DNA of 64,000 nucleotides, taken from contig CAYJQU010000003.1 in assembly GCA_964372495.1 (NCBI GenBank), positions 79,042 to 143,041 of the forward strand, read 5' to 3'. Source of the stretch: an uncultured Gammaproteobacteria bacterium. GTDB taxonomy: Bacteria > Patescibacteriota > Microgenomatia > JAUYPR01. This document shows, in pieces, positions 9,224 to 18,791 of the stretch. Every line of letters starts with the position of its first letter. The stretch's first letter is position 1. The notes beneath the pieces were generated by a model. That model saw only the letters and a list, made by a program, of their open reading frames with translations. It ran no database searches and was not told the origin of the DNA. The translations under genes were made by a program, and so were the position numbers.

Positions 9224-10272
9224 GTGTACGACGGCGCATTATAAGACCTCACCAGCAAGAGCTTACTAGAACTTTCCCTCCGGGAACCGCTCTTTTCGTA
9301 CGTCAGGGACAACACGTTACCCCAGAAGAATATGTCGCCCAAACGACTGATCCTGCCGGCTTTCGGGTAGTGCCGGTCGCCAGAGCCCTAGGAGTTGATG
9401 GTCGTCACGTACCGCAGCATCTTGTTAAACCTATTGGCAGTCGTATTTATCGGGGTGAAGTGTTGGTGAAGCGCAGCTCGCTCTTTGGGCTAGCACGGTA
9501 CCAAGTATCATCGCCGTCTGATGGAGTAATCGAGTCGGTCACGGGTACGGGGGATGTGGTCATCCGTTACCCATCACGTAAATCTCGGGTAAACGCGGAA
9601 TTTTGGGGGAAAGTAACCAGCGTGTCCGGGGCCACGGTGAAACTTATGACCCAGGTGGCCACCATATCCGGCGTTGCTGGCTATGGGCACGTTCGTGGGG
9701 GCATGCTCGAGGTACTGCCAAACCCAGCACTCTTTATACTTCCGAAAGATATCGAGCCTGCCATGGGCGGACGTATCATTGTAGGTGGGAGAATCCCTTC
9801 AGATGCTACCCTGAAAAAGGCGATTGTGATGCAGGTCGCTGGGTTTGTACTAGGAGGCATACACGCGCGTTTTTGGGTGCAAAACAAGGCGCAAATGGCC
9901 TGGCAGGACAGTGGGATAGCGCTCATGCTTACTGAAGGCTTCGGACAGATTCCACTGGGGCAGGATCTCTTTAGCTTTATCAAGGCCTATAATGGCAGGT
10001 ATGCGGTGCTCAATGCGCACACGCATATACTCAGTATTCCGATACAGCCTGATGAGCAAGTTACGGAACAGTCATCTACTGCCCCTCAACTTGCCTCAGG
10101 AACACATGTGCGCATTATTGCGGGGGTGCACCTTGGAAGACAAGGTGTGGTCAGGGAATTTCCACCGACACTGACGCAGTTGCGGTCAGGGCTTACAGCG
10201 GAAACGATCGGAGTCGACGTAGATGGTACAATGGTGCGCATACCTCGTGCGAATATCGAGATATTATGGTAA
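9220..10272 (+). CDS. hypothetical protein with barrel-sandwich-like and KOW-like segments
   Basis: 351 aa; GEVLVKRSSLFGLARYQVSSPSDGVIESV resembles a lipoyl/hybrid-barrel motif; C-terminal G-x-H-V-R-I-x-x-G KOW-like stretch; coupled to the upstream ORF. Confidence 0.4.
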   Translation: MSVRRRIIRPHQQELTRTFPPGTALFVRQGQHVTPEEYVAQTTDPAGFRVVPVARALGVDGRHVPQHLVKPIGSRIYRGEVLVKRSSLFGLARYQVSSPSDGVIESVTGTGDVVIRYPSRKSRVNAEFWGKVTSVSGATVKLMTQVATISGVAGYGHVRGGMLEVLPNPALFILPKDIEPAMGGRIIVGGRIPSDATLKKAIVMQVAGFVLGGIHARFWVQNKAQMAWQDSGIALMLTEGFGQIPLGQDLFSFIKAYNGRYAVLNAHTHILSIPIQPDEQVTEQSSTAPQLASGTHVRIIAGVHLGRQGVVREFPPTLTQLRSGLTAETIGVDVDGTMVRIPRANIEILW

Positions 10273-11501
10273 TTCGACTCAAGACCGCCATTTTTTGGAT
10301 TGTGGTAGCAGGTGCATTCGCTTACGGCTTGGGGTGGCATCTTTCACGCACTGATATTTCGGTGCTATCAACTGATGTAGGACCCACGCTACGGATTACC
10401 CAGAAGGAGCCACCAGCGCATTTAAGCGATGTAAACTTGGGTCTGTTTTGGGAAGTTTGGGATCATCTCGAGAAACAATACATCGATAAAACCGCGGTCA
10501 ATCGACAAAAAATGGTTGAAGGTGCTATTTCTGGTATGGTTTCCTCCCTGGGAGATCCGTATACGACGTTTCTACCCCCTCAGCAAAATAAAACCGCAAA
10601 GGAGGAGCTGGAAGGAAGTTTTGAGGGAGTAGGCATTCAGCTGGGGTTTAAAGATAAACGGCTCGTGGTAGTTGCTGCGATTTTCGATACACCTGCAAGT
10701 AAGGCAGGAGTAAAGCCCGGCGACTTCATAGTCAAGATCGACGGCAAAGAAACGGCCATCATTACCATGCCGGACGCAGTCAGCAAAATTCGCGGTCCAC
10801 GGGGTTCTACGGTCGCGTTGACGATTATGCGAGAGTCAGAGGTCAAACCGTTGGAGTTTACACTAACACGGGACAAGATACGAATCAAAAGCGTGGATGT
10901 CTCGTTTTTTGATCATGTTGCGTACATAAAGCTGAGTCGATTTGGGGATACGACGAGCGAGGAATGGAATAATGCCGTACGAGAGGTTCTTGCAAAAAAT
11001 GCACAGGCCCTCGTACTGGATGTACGTAATAACCCCGGGGGTTATCTTGACGGAGCGGTGGTTATCGGTGGTGAATTTTTTGAGGAGGGTTCCATTGTAC
11101 AGAAGGAGCACTCTTCAGGGAAAAAGGAAATTCGTAGTGTACAAAGGCCCGGAAGGCTCGCTTCAGTTCCGGTGGTTGTGCTTATCAATAAGGGGAGCGC
11201 CTCGGCTTCTGAGATTGTTGCAGGTGCCATTGCGGACCGAAAACGGGGTATCTTGGTGGGGGAACAGTCATTCGGCAAGGGAAGTATTCAGGAGGTTATC
11301 GAGCTGCCTAAAGGTGCAGGGCTTCACATTACCACGGAGCGGTGGCTGCTTCCTTCCGGCGCGTGGGTAAACGGGAGCGGGATCACACCAGACATTGTTG
11401 TTGCATCAAGCGATAAAGAAGGGGAGGATCCACAACTTGACCGGGCACTCGCAGAAGCGCGTAAGCGTATTGCCAGTAGTGGATCTAGTTGGATAGAATA
11501 G
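10266..11501 (+). CDS. ctpA: carboxyl-terminal processing protease (S41 family) with PDZ domain
   Basis: N-terminal TM; PDZ-like GVKPGDFIVKIDG; S41 catalytic region VLDVRNNPGGYL and INKGSASASEIVAGA. Confidence 0.8.
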   Translation: MVIRLKTAIFWIVVAGAFAYGLGWHLSRTDISVLSTDVGPTLRITQKEPPAHLSDVNLGLFWEVWDHLEKQYIDKTAVNRQKMVEGAISGMVSSLGDPYTTFLPPQQNKTAKEELEGSFEGVGIQLGFKDKRLVVVAAIFDTPASKAGVKPGDFIVKIDGKETAIITMPDAVSKIRGPRGSTVALTIMRESEVKPLEFTLTRDKIRIKSVDVSFFDHVAYIKLSRFGDTTSEEWNNAVREVLAKNAQALVLDVRNNPGGYLDGAVVIGGEFFEEGSIVQKEHSSGKKEIRSVQRPGRLASVPVVVLINKGSASASEIVAGAIADRKRGILVGEQSFGKGSIQEVIELPKGAGLHITTERWLLPSGAWVNGSGITPDIVVASSDKEGEDPQLDRALAEARKRIASSGSSWIE

Positions 11502-11505
11502 AGAG

Positions 11506-12648
11506 ATGCAAGAGAGTTGGACCCAAGCTCGAGGTTGGACCAGGCGCACACTTGTCGCGGTAAGCTTGCTAGTAGTACTTTTGGTTTCACTCACTTCCGG
11601 AGCTGTGGGGTACCGCCTGCGCGAGTTATTTGGCGAAAGGTCGCCCTTAGTTGAAGCGCCGTTGCCGCAGACTCGCGAGTTAATATCCGAGGAATCGACC
11701 GTCATACGGGTAGTAAAAAAAACCTCACCGGCTGTGGTGTCTATAGCCGTGTCACGTCGGGTGGTCGATCCGTTTAGCCCGCTAGCGGACGCGCCACGTC
11801 GTGAAAGCGGTATAGGTACAGGATTTATTATTTCCTCTGAGGGACTCATTATTACTAACCGTCACGTCGTTTCTGATGGCAACCTCCGCTATATTGTCGT
11901 GACGAAAGACGATAAAAAGTACCCCGTGCAGCGTGTCTATCGTGATCCCACGCTGGATATCGCGATAGTAAAAATTGACGCGACGAACCTGCCGAAAGTT
12001 AACTTAGGCGATTCGGGAAAGCTAGAGATTGGGCAGCTGGTTATTGCGGTTGGTAACGCCTTGGGGAGGTTTAAGAACACAGTTACTACAGGAGTGGTGT
12101 CGGGGATACGCCCGGAAGGAGTGGAAGCAGGCGATCCGTTTTCAGGGTTTACGGAGCAATTGGGGGAGGTTATCCAAACGGATGCGGCAATTAATCCCGG
12201 CAATTCAGGGGGGCCGCTCCTCGATTCTTCAGGTAACGTAGTTGGAGTGAACGTTGCCGTAAGCCAGGGGGCTGAAAACATTGGTTTTGCCATTCCCGTA
12301 AATGTTGTAAAGCCCGTTATCGATGAGTTCCTTCGCACAGGTAAAATTAGTAGGCCCTACCTAGGAGTTCGCTACGAACTTGTTTCCAGAGCACGGGCGC
12401 TTGCTTTTGAGGTGCCGGAAGGGGCGTACGTGCGTGAGGTTATGGACGGAAGTCCTGCGCAGCGAGCAGGAATTAAAGTAGGAGACATCATTGTCAACAT
12501 CGACAATCAACGAGTCGATGAGAATACACCCCTTGCAAAAGCCATTCAGAGCAAGAAGGTGGGGGATTCTGTGGAGATAGTTATCAATCGAGAAGGAGGA
12601 GAGACGAAGCTCACCATCGTGTTAGGGGAGGCTCCGACTCAGTTCTGA
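11506..12648 (+). CDS. htrA: HtrA/DegP-family trypsin-like serine protease with C-terminal PDZ
   Basis: [19 protein letters not shown] (His), DIAIVKID (Asp), GNSGGPLLD (Ser) catalytic triad motifs; PDZ at the C-terminus. Confidence 0.8.
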   Translation: MQESWTQARGWTRRTLVAVSLLVVLLVSLTSGAVGYRLRELFGERSPLVEAPLPQTRELISEESTVIRVVKKTSPAVVSIAVSRRVVDPFSPLADAPRRESGIGTGFIISSEGLIITNRHVVSDGNLRYIVVTKDDKKYPVQRVYRDPTLDIAIVKIDATNLPKVNLGDSGKLEIGQLVIAVGNALGRFKNTVTTGVVSGIRPEGVEAGDPFSGFTEQLGEVIQTDAAINPGNSGGPLLDSSGNVVGVNVAVSQGAENIGFAIPVNVVKPVIDEFLRTGKISRPYLGVRYELVSRARALAFEVPEGAYVREVMDGSPAQRAGIKVGDIIVNIDNQRVDENTPLAKAIQSKKVGDSVEIVINREGGETKLTIVLGEAPTQF

Positions 12649-13560
12649 AACGATTGGTCCCAGGTCCCCGTCCAGGATTTCCTCTAGATTATGCCATGAC
12701 TTCTGTAAACGGTGTTCGGTGACGCGGTTTTGCGGAAAATTGTAGGTACGTATTTTTTCCGACCGGTCACCGGTTCCTACTTGTGAACGTCTGGTCTGCC
12801 GCAGTGACTGATCACGGGCTTGTATTGCGCGTTCCCACACCTTAGCACGCAGAATCTTCATGGCATTCTCTCGGTTCTGTGCTTGCTGTCTCTCGGTCTG
12901 ACAGGTGACAGTGATACCTGTTGGGGTGTGGGTAAGACGTACCGCAGTACTTACTTTATTGACATTCTGTCCCCCATGGCCGGTGGCACGAAAGGCTTCA
13001 AATGCAATATCGTTGGGGTGAATGTGCACCTGGGTGTCTCTCAGCACTGGCAGCACCGCGACCGTGGCAGTCGAGGTGTGAATACGCCCTGCGCTTTCGG
13101 TTATGGGAACGCGCTGGACACGGTGGATTCCTGATTCATGCTTCAGTAACCCATAGGCTCCTGCACCGGAAATTTTAAGGGTAAGTTCTTTCAGGTTCCC
13201 GAGGCCACCCTCGTTGCGGTTTACCTCCTCTGTTTTCCAGCCGTTCCGTAGCGCAAATCGGGTGTACATACGTACCAGATCGGCAGCAAATAAGCCTGCC
13301 TCATCGCCTCCAGCAGCTGCCCGAACCTCCAAAATGGCATCGTGGCCGTCGGCATTTGGACTTGTTTCCTGGTTGGTCTGTGATTGTTGCTGTGTTTCGC
13401 TTGGGGGCTGCATGGCGATTTGGAGCGCAGCGCGCTCACTGGTAAGTCTTTTAAGCTCCTCTCGCGCAAGCGGAGCGAGTGCGGGGTCATCAAGGAGGCT
13501 TTTGGTCTCCTCGATTGTTTTATTGAGCTTGGTAAGCTGGCCGGATAGGATGTTGTTCAT
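12622..13560 (-). CDS. prfA: peptide chain release factor 1
   Basis: GGQ motif ([10 protein letters not shown]); PIT tripeptide in [14 protein letters not shown] (RF1 PxT type, not the RF2 SPF type); 312 aa. Confidence 0.8.
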   Translation of the reverse strand: MNNILSGQLTKLNKTIEETKSLLDDPALAPLAREELKRLTSERAALQIAMQPPSETQQQSQTNQETSPNADGHDAILEVRAAAGGDEAGLFAADLVRMYTRFALRNGWKTEEVNRNEGGLGNLKELTLKISGAGAYGLLKHESGIHRVQRVPITESAGRIHTSTATVAVLPVLRDTQVHIHPNDIAFEAFRATGHGGQNVNKVSTAVRLTHTPTGITVTCQTERQQAQNRENAMKILRAKVWERAIQARDQSLRQTRRSQVGTGDRSEKIRTYNFPQNRVTEHRLQKSWHNLEEILDGDLGPIVSELSRSLP

Positions 13561-13587
13561 GGTAGATATACCTGCGATGGAGAACTG

Positions 13588-13896
13588 TTATCCTTTGTTC
13601 TTTTGCTCAACAAGGAGCATTTCTCGCAGCGTCATGGGTTGTTCTTGCCGGCGCTGGTCCTGCTTCTTTGGTCTTTCTGTGACTCTCCGCTGTGCGGCAA
13701 GCTGTTGTCGCTCTCGGAAGCGTTCCACACGGCCGAGTGTGTCAATAAGCTTCTGTTGACCAGTAAAGAACGGGTGGCACTTGGAGCAGATGTCCACACG
13801 CAACGACGGTTTGGTTGAGCCGATGGTAAATGTATTGCCACACGCACACACAATAGTTGACTGTGGGTAATAGGCAGGATGAATATCCGGTTTCAT
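13588..13896 (-). CDS. rpmE: 50S ribosomal protein L31 with basic C-terminal extension
   Basis: [10 protein letters not shown]...CACGN...[10 protein letters not shown] core; about 35 extra basic residues at the C-terminus. Confidence 0.8.
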   Translation of the reverse strand: MKPDIHPAYYPQSTIVCACGNTFTIGSTKPSLRVDICSKCHPFFTGQQKLIDTLGRVERFRERQQLAAQRRVTERPKKQDQRRQEQPMTLREMLLVEQKNKG

Positions 13897-13934
13897 AGTA
13901 GAGGTATATTACCATATTTCGCCAGAAGTGTCTT

Positions 13935-14864
13935 TTACAACTTATGTGATTGGCGGTGGTGCAGGTGCTTATGCTTGCTGCGAAGTACCAGCGCCAAACC
14001 GGCGAGAGTGAAAAGAGCACCAAGGGCAAGTAGCGGAGTTGGGCGTTCACCAAGCAGTGGCACTGCTATGAGGATGGCTATGACCGGCGACAGATACAGA
14101 AAGACCCCCAGCCTCCCGGCCGGCATCTTGGAGAGTGCCCACTCCCAGAGCGTATATGCTACAACGGAAGAGAGAAGACTTAAATACAAAAGCCCTACAA
14201 GGCCTATCCACGTGAGATTGCCAAGCCAGGAAGGATCACGCAGGTGGGCGATGAAAGCAAGTGGTGCGGTGGTGACCATTCCTACGCCGAGGGTCAAGCC
14301 AGTCAGATGCGCGGCTTCATACCGGGTAAACATTTCTTTACTTCCTATCGTAAACAGTACCCACGCGAGTACATGCAGAAATACTAATATGTTACCAAAG
14401 AATTTCTGTCCAACGTTGGCCGTCGGCTCACCGAACGGCTGTGCAATCACGATGATTGCGCCGATAAAAGCGACAAGAAATCCTATTTTGTTAGCTTTGT
14501 TGAACCGTTCGCGTAGTAGTAAACTGGAAGCTGCCGCCTCAAGGAGCGGGGTTGTGGCTACAATGATTGCTGCATCTAGTGCCGTGGTACGTGCAATTCC
14601 TTCAAATGCAAACAGAAGCGCAGCGGTTGAGCCCAGAAACGCAAGAAGAAGGAGCTTGGGTGCATCACTGTGTTTGATTGGGCGGCGTTTCTCTGCTGTC
14701 CACAGAAACGGGAGGAATGCAAAGCCAGCAATAGATAGCCTCAGGAACACGCCGATAACAGGCGGTATTTCGGCGACAACCAGTTTGATAACAGGAGTAG
14801 CAACGCCCCAAATAAGCGCTACCACTGTCGCCGCTACATAGGCAGGCTTCACTGTACGCAGCAT
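13935..14864 (-). CDS. EamA/DMT-family transporter (10 TM)
   Basis: two EamA-like halves of hydrophobic helices; start set at the internal ATG (MLRTVKPAYV) just downstream of the hisS stop; the longer ORF-track start gives a non-hydrophobic leader. Confidence 0.6.
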   Translation of the reverse strand: MLRTVKPAYVAATVVALIWGVATPVIKLVVAEIPPVIGVFLRLSIAGFAFLPFLWTAEKRRPIKHSDAPKLLLLAFLGSTAALLFAFEGIARTTALDAAIIVATTPLLEAAASSLLLRERFNKANKIGFLVAFIGAIIVIAQPFGEPTANVGQKFFGNILVFLHVLAWVLFTIGSKEMFTRYEAAHLTGLTLGVGMVTTAPLAFIAHLRDPSWLGNLTWIGLVGLLYLSLLSSVVAYTLWEWALSKMPAGRLGVFLYLSPVIAILIAVPLLGERPTPLLALGALFTLAGLALVLRSKHKHLHHRQSHKL

Positions 14865-14871
14865 AGAGTTA

Positions 14872-16140
14872 CTAGTAGTATAGGTTCTTAAGAATAATTT
14901 CTGCAACCTCTGTTTGGTTTTCCGTCCGTTGCTCTCCGGTTTGCATATTCTTGATGGTTGCTTGCTCGCGTGGCTCCTCGTCAGGGCCGATGATGACGAC
15001 AAAAGGCACCTGTTTCTTGCTCGCATATGATAGCTGGGCCGAAAGAGGCGCTTGTGTTAGATACAATTCTGCACGCACACCTTTGTCGCGCAGAGCTTTT
15101 GCCATCAAAAGCGAGGCACGGGTGAGCGATAGGTCAAATACGGTTACCAGTACTTGGGTAGGAGTGGGTGAAAGCGATGGAACCTTATCATACTGTCGTA
15201 GCGCTTCTTCTATTATCATATCCCCGCAGGCAAAGCCAACCGCCGGGATAGGCTTACCTGAAAGTAACCCAACCAAGCTGTCATACCGGCCTCCGCCAAG
15301 GATTGCACGGAACTTGCCTTTCCGATCAAATGCCTCAAATACCGTGCCGGAGTAATACAGGAGTCCTCGTACTACTGATGGATCGTAGGTGACGTACTCA
15401 GCAAATCCGAGATCGGCGATAGTCGAAAACAATTCAGTAAGCCACTCAGATTCGTACCGATAGTCCGTATCCCGGATTAAAGCGATAATATCTGCCAGTT
15501 GCTGTGCTGAAAATCCAAGAGAAGTTGCATACTTCTCTTTCTCCGACTGTGAGAGCTTGCCCAACTGATCTATAAGGGTGAGCGCATTCGACAGCTGGCT
15601 CTTTTTTAAGCCCACCCCTTCAGTCAGTTCTTCCTCCATCAACCTTCGGTCATTGATTTTGATTTGTACCTCTTTGGGAGTAAGACCTACTGACGCGAGG
15701 AACGTGCATGCTACGGCGATGATCTCGGCGTCTGCCAACGGACTATCGATACCAAACACATCAACGTCCCATTGGTAGAATTCGCGAGCTCGGCCCTTTT
15801 GTGGTTGCTCGTACCGGAAACGGGGACCGATGTTAAACCACTTAATGGGCTTGAGAAGCTCAGGCTGCCGCTGGGCCACCATGCGAGAAACCGAGGGTGT
15901 CATCTCGGGCCGCAGCACGAGCGTGTTGCCACTGCGGTCGGTGAGGCGGAAGGTTTGCTTGTTAACCAATTCCTCGCTTGTTTTTTGGGTGTACAGCTCC
16001 AGAGGTTCTAGAATTGGCCCCTCGTATTCCTCATAACCAAAGGCCCTGGCAGCCTCGCGTTGTTTGCCAAACAACCACTGCCGGAAGACAAAATCTTCCG
16101 GATAAAAATCTCTCGTTCCCTTGACTGGTCGGATGTTCAT
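14872..16140 (-). CDS. hisS: histidyl-tRNA synthetase
   Basis: MNIRPVKGTRDFYPED class II HisS N-terminus; motifs 2 and 3; C-terminal anticodon-binding domain; 422 aa. Confidence 0.9.
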   Translation of the reverse strand: MNIRPVKGTRDFYPEDFVFRQWLFGKQREAARAFGYEEYEGPILEPLELYTQKTSEELVNKQTFRLTDRSGNTLVLRPEMTPSVSRMVAQRQPELLKPIKWFNIGPRFRYEQPQKGRAREFYQWDVDVFGIDSPLADAEIIAVACTFLASVGLTPKEVQIKINDRRLMEEELTEGVGLKKSQLSNALTLIDQLGKLSQSEKEKYATSLGFSAQQLADIIALIRDTDYRYESEWLTELFSTIADLGFAEYVTYDPSVVRGLLYYSGTVFEAFDRKGKFRAILGGGRYDSLVGLLSGKPIPAVGFACGDMIIEEALRQYDKVPSLSPTPTQVLVTVFDLSLTRASLLMAKALRDKGVRAELYLTQAPLSAQLSYASKKQVPFVVIIGPDEEPREQATIKNMQTGEQRTENQTEVAEIILKNLYY

Positions 16141-17426
16141 AGTACTCGTTCTGATTGTTTCTTAGTGTAACAGTCGGGAGTTTCTCTGTCGAGGGAATCT
16201 ACTCGAAACAGGTGCCTAAATTCACTAAATCTGTCGATTGGAATCTTACCCATGTACAAGAGGAATATAAGCATTTCGTTGTCAGTAAGTGAATTTTCGC
16301 GCTGCAAGCGTTCGATCTGGCGGTTTGCAAAAAGGTACATTCCTTGATATCCATCGACAAAGATAGAAGCCATGATCGCTTCATCAAATGCGAAATCGGT
16401 AAGCCCAGCTTTTTTGTATATCTGCATTACAGATTGTATAGTTAATCCCTTTATATGGTAGAGGTAGTCTGCCATAGCCCGGCAGATAAGCCAGACATCT
16501 CGTCGGTATCGCACGAATGTCATGTCCGCTTTGGTAACGAAAGGTACGACAATGAGGTCGGCAAGTACCTCAGCCTTTACATCGAAAATGTTAGGGGAGG
16601 AGACTCCTGCATAGCTATAAATTTGAGGCAAAATGCCTTGGCGAACTAATGTCTTGTCAAATATCGCCATTTCCAGGGCATGCCCGCAGAATTCGTGGAG
16701 GTACGCAAGTTTCAGAAGCGACATACTATACCGACGTCTCCTGTTTAGGAGAATCCTGGTTGTGAGAGTCTTAGGGTCAGTAACACAGCGCATTGAGAAC
16801 GAAGGATCGTCTACCACATCCACATCAGCAGTGAAGGCGTTGCGCATTTGGTCCCGATACGTTGCTGGAAAACGGACCACTGTTTCAATCCGGGTTCGTA
16901 CTTGTGCGATTGAGCGCCGAACGATCAGTCTTGCTTGCTCGGCACTGGTATCTTGCATCCCCAGAGCTCTTCCTATCTCTTTTAAAGATGGATCTTGGGA
17001 CAATTTATCAAAATCATCGATAATATTTGCATAGCCGAAGTCGATTCCGTAAAACCCCCGTCGTGCGTCGACAGTTTGCTGCAAAGGTCCGTCACGCAAG
17101 TTTTCTAAAATATCACATTTGATAACAGCAGTATCCACGGTCGCTTTGACCACATCAGGTAAGAAACGATCATAAACATTCACTGGTAACTGTCGGGAAA
17201 GCGAAATAAAGATTGTGTATAGCTGCCGTAAAGTAGTTAGTTTTTGCCTGATCCCTTTTGGAACCCGGTATTTCCACGCAGCACGACTATTCGGGTTGGC
17301 TTTCAGCCGTGCCAGTTCCTCCTGCCAATTAGTAGGAGTGCGCACGACAGAGTTGTAGATCCGAAAAATCTCAATGGCTTTGGTATGAATCTGATCCGCA
17401 AGGATATATCGCTTTGTTGTTTTCAT
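16137..17426 (-). CDS. hypothetical protein with HEFCGH (HExxxH) motif, possible metallohydrolase
   Basis: 429 aa; LAYLHEFCGHALEM resembles the HExCGH motif of the TldD encoded in this same window (HESCGH); stop overlaps the hisS start (ATGA-type coupling). Confidence 0.4.
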   Translation of the reverse strand: MKTTKRYILADQIHTKAIEIFRIYNSVVRTPTNWQEELARLKANPNSRAAWKYRVPKGIRQKLTTLRQLYTIFISLSRQLPVNVYDRFLPDVVKATVDTAVIKCDILENLRDGPLQQTVDARRGFYGIDFGYANIIDDFDKLSQDPSLKEIGRALGMQDTSAEQARLIVRRSIAQVRTRIETVVRFPATYRDQMRNAFTADVDVVDDPSFSMRCVTDPKTLTTRILLNRRRRYSMSLLKLAYLHEFCGHALEMAIFDKTLVRQGILPQIYSYAGVSSPNIFDVKAEVLADLIVVPFVTKADMTFVRYRRDVWLICRAMADYLYHIKGLTIQSVMQIYKKAGLTDFAFDEAIMASIFVDGYQGMYLFANRQIERLQRENSLTDNEMLIFLLYMGKIPIDRFSEFRHLFRVDSLDRETPDCYTKKQSERVL

Positions 17427-17429
17427 TAT

Positions 17430-18791
17430 TTATCTCCCCAGGGCTCCTTTTGAGCGAATTACTTGCATGGCGATAAGAGCCTCTCTTCTTAAAAGACCTT
17501 GCTTTTCCATTAGCTGAACACTCTGACGTAGAGCGCTAGCTTCTGTTTGACCCGCCGCCATTTCTTCCCCTAAAGGAGAAAGCATATCGCTTGCCAGAGC
17601 ACCAATACCAAGTTGCTCAGCTCCCTCCTTAGCAAGAGTAATAAGGGCACCTCCAATTACACCCGCAGATTCTCGTTTGCCAGTTACTTCCAAGACTGCT
17701 GCAATGCCTTTTCTGCCTTCTCTGAAATTTTTTTGAGCAAGCGCATAGGAGCCGAGCGATCTTCCTTTAAACCACTCAACTGCACCAAGTAAAAGAATGA
17801 GCGCTTGTGTGGCCCGCATTGGCGTCGTCGAGTCGAGGAAACGAATCTCAACTCGCGAAGTTCCATTTTCTTCATCAAGACGCAGACGCGTCGACATGTG
17901 GGTCGCTCCATAGGTGAGTGCAAGCGCCTGCCTCTGATCGTCTAAGACTATAAATGGAGGCATCACTGCGTTGAGCATATTCCTGTAGTGTTCCAAAACT
18001 GAATTCGCAGGTCGGGCAAGTCCACCCCGCTTTTGCTCTCCCTGTTCAAGCATTTCTTGCCGGGAACTGCCAAGTCCTGTATCAATGCCCGCCGCGTAGG
18101 GTGAGTTTCCAAACATTGCTACAAGTGGACCGGCTAACGCGATGGATATATTGTACGCTTCCAATGTTTCTTTTAGAGTGGGATATGCAACGTGCAGCTG
18201 TGTTGCCGCGCAGCGAGTCATCGCTGATAAGTTTGATGCTACGTCTACCAATACTTCTCCGGTCACAGGATTTTCAATACGCATTGCTTTTTGCGGATTT
18301 TCTGCAAGCGTCGCTTCCTCAAGGTGCTTGTAGCGCGCTCTCTTTTGCTCATCGCGTAGAACCAAATCCCTGCAGCCAGCTCCCACTAGAGGCGCCGTGC
18401 CAATAGGTACGAGGATCCCAATTCCATTGGTGATAGCAGTCACTGCTTTCTGAATTGCTGTTGTTTTACTTTGAAGCGAGGCGAGAAGGCTCCGGATACC
18501 CTCCTTACTCACTGGTGTTACCCCATTGGCATCATATTCAACAGTATAGACAGTGGTATCAGGACGAACCCCCACGTCATTGTTAAATAAGAACGATTCA
18601 ACATTAAGTGGCAGTCCAGTGAGAGCATCAATTATAAACACCTCTTGCTCTATATCGATCGTCCGTGCCCCACGGTCAAAGTAGCCACTGTCTGCAAGTT
18701 GTTGCAAGCGAGTAGCTTCGTTAAGGGCAAGTCCGCGAGTTACATGTGCACTCTCAGGGGTCCAGATCTGTTGTCCTATTTCTTTACCCAT
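17430..18791 (-). CDS. GCS2/YbdK-family carboxylate-amine ligase (glutamate-cysteine ligase family 2)
   Basis: IDIEQEVFIID matches YbdK IELEMQVV; LAGPLVAMFGNSPYAAGIDTGLGSSRQ matches YbdK LSAASPYMQGTDTRFASSR; EIRFLDSTTPM matches EVRVMDTPL; ATG at 18791 preceded by AAGGAG; the alternative TTG at 18812 would overlap the upstream gene. Confidence 0.6.
   Translation of the reverse strand: MGKEIGQQIWTPESAHVTRGLALNEATRLQQLADSGYFDRGARTIDIEQEVFIIDALTGLPLNVESFLFNNDVGVRPDTTVYTVEYDANGVTPVSKEGIRSLLASLQSKTTAIQKAVTAITNGIGILVPIGTAPLVGAGCRDLVLRDEQKRARYKHLEEATLAENPQKAMRIENPVTGEVLVDVASNLSAMTRCAATQLHVAYPTLKETLEAYNISIALAGPLVAMFGNSPYAAGIDTGLGSSRQEMLEQGEQKRGGLARPANSVLEHYRNMLNAVMPPFIVLDDQRQALALTYGATHMSTRLRLDEENGTSRVEIRFLDSTTPMRATQALILLLGAVEWFKGRSLGSYALAQKNFREGRKGIAAVLEVTGKRESAGVIGGALITLAKEGAEQLGIGALASDMLSPLGEEMAAGQTEASALRQSVQLMEKQGLLRREALIAMQVIRSKGALGR

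Noticed and set aside
13214-13759. 181-aa plus-strand ORF
   Set aside because: Antisense to prfA and rpmE, which have clear homology; low-complexity Ser/Cys/Arg-rich
13879-14841. 320-aa plus-strand ORF
   Set aside because: Antisense to the EamA transporter gene and overlapping hisS; Arg/Ser/Ala-rich with no motifs; an artefact of the coding strand opposite
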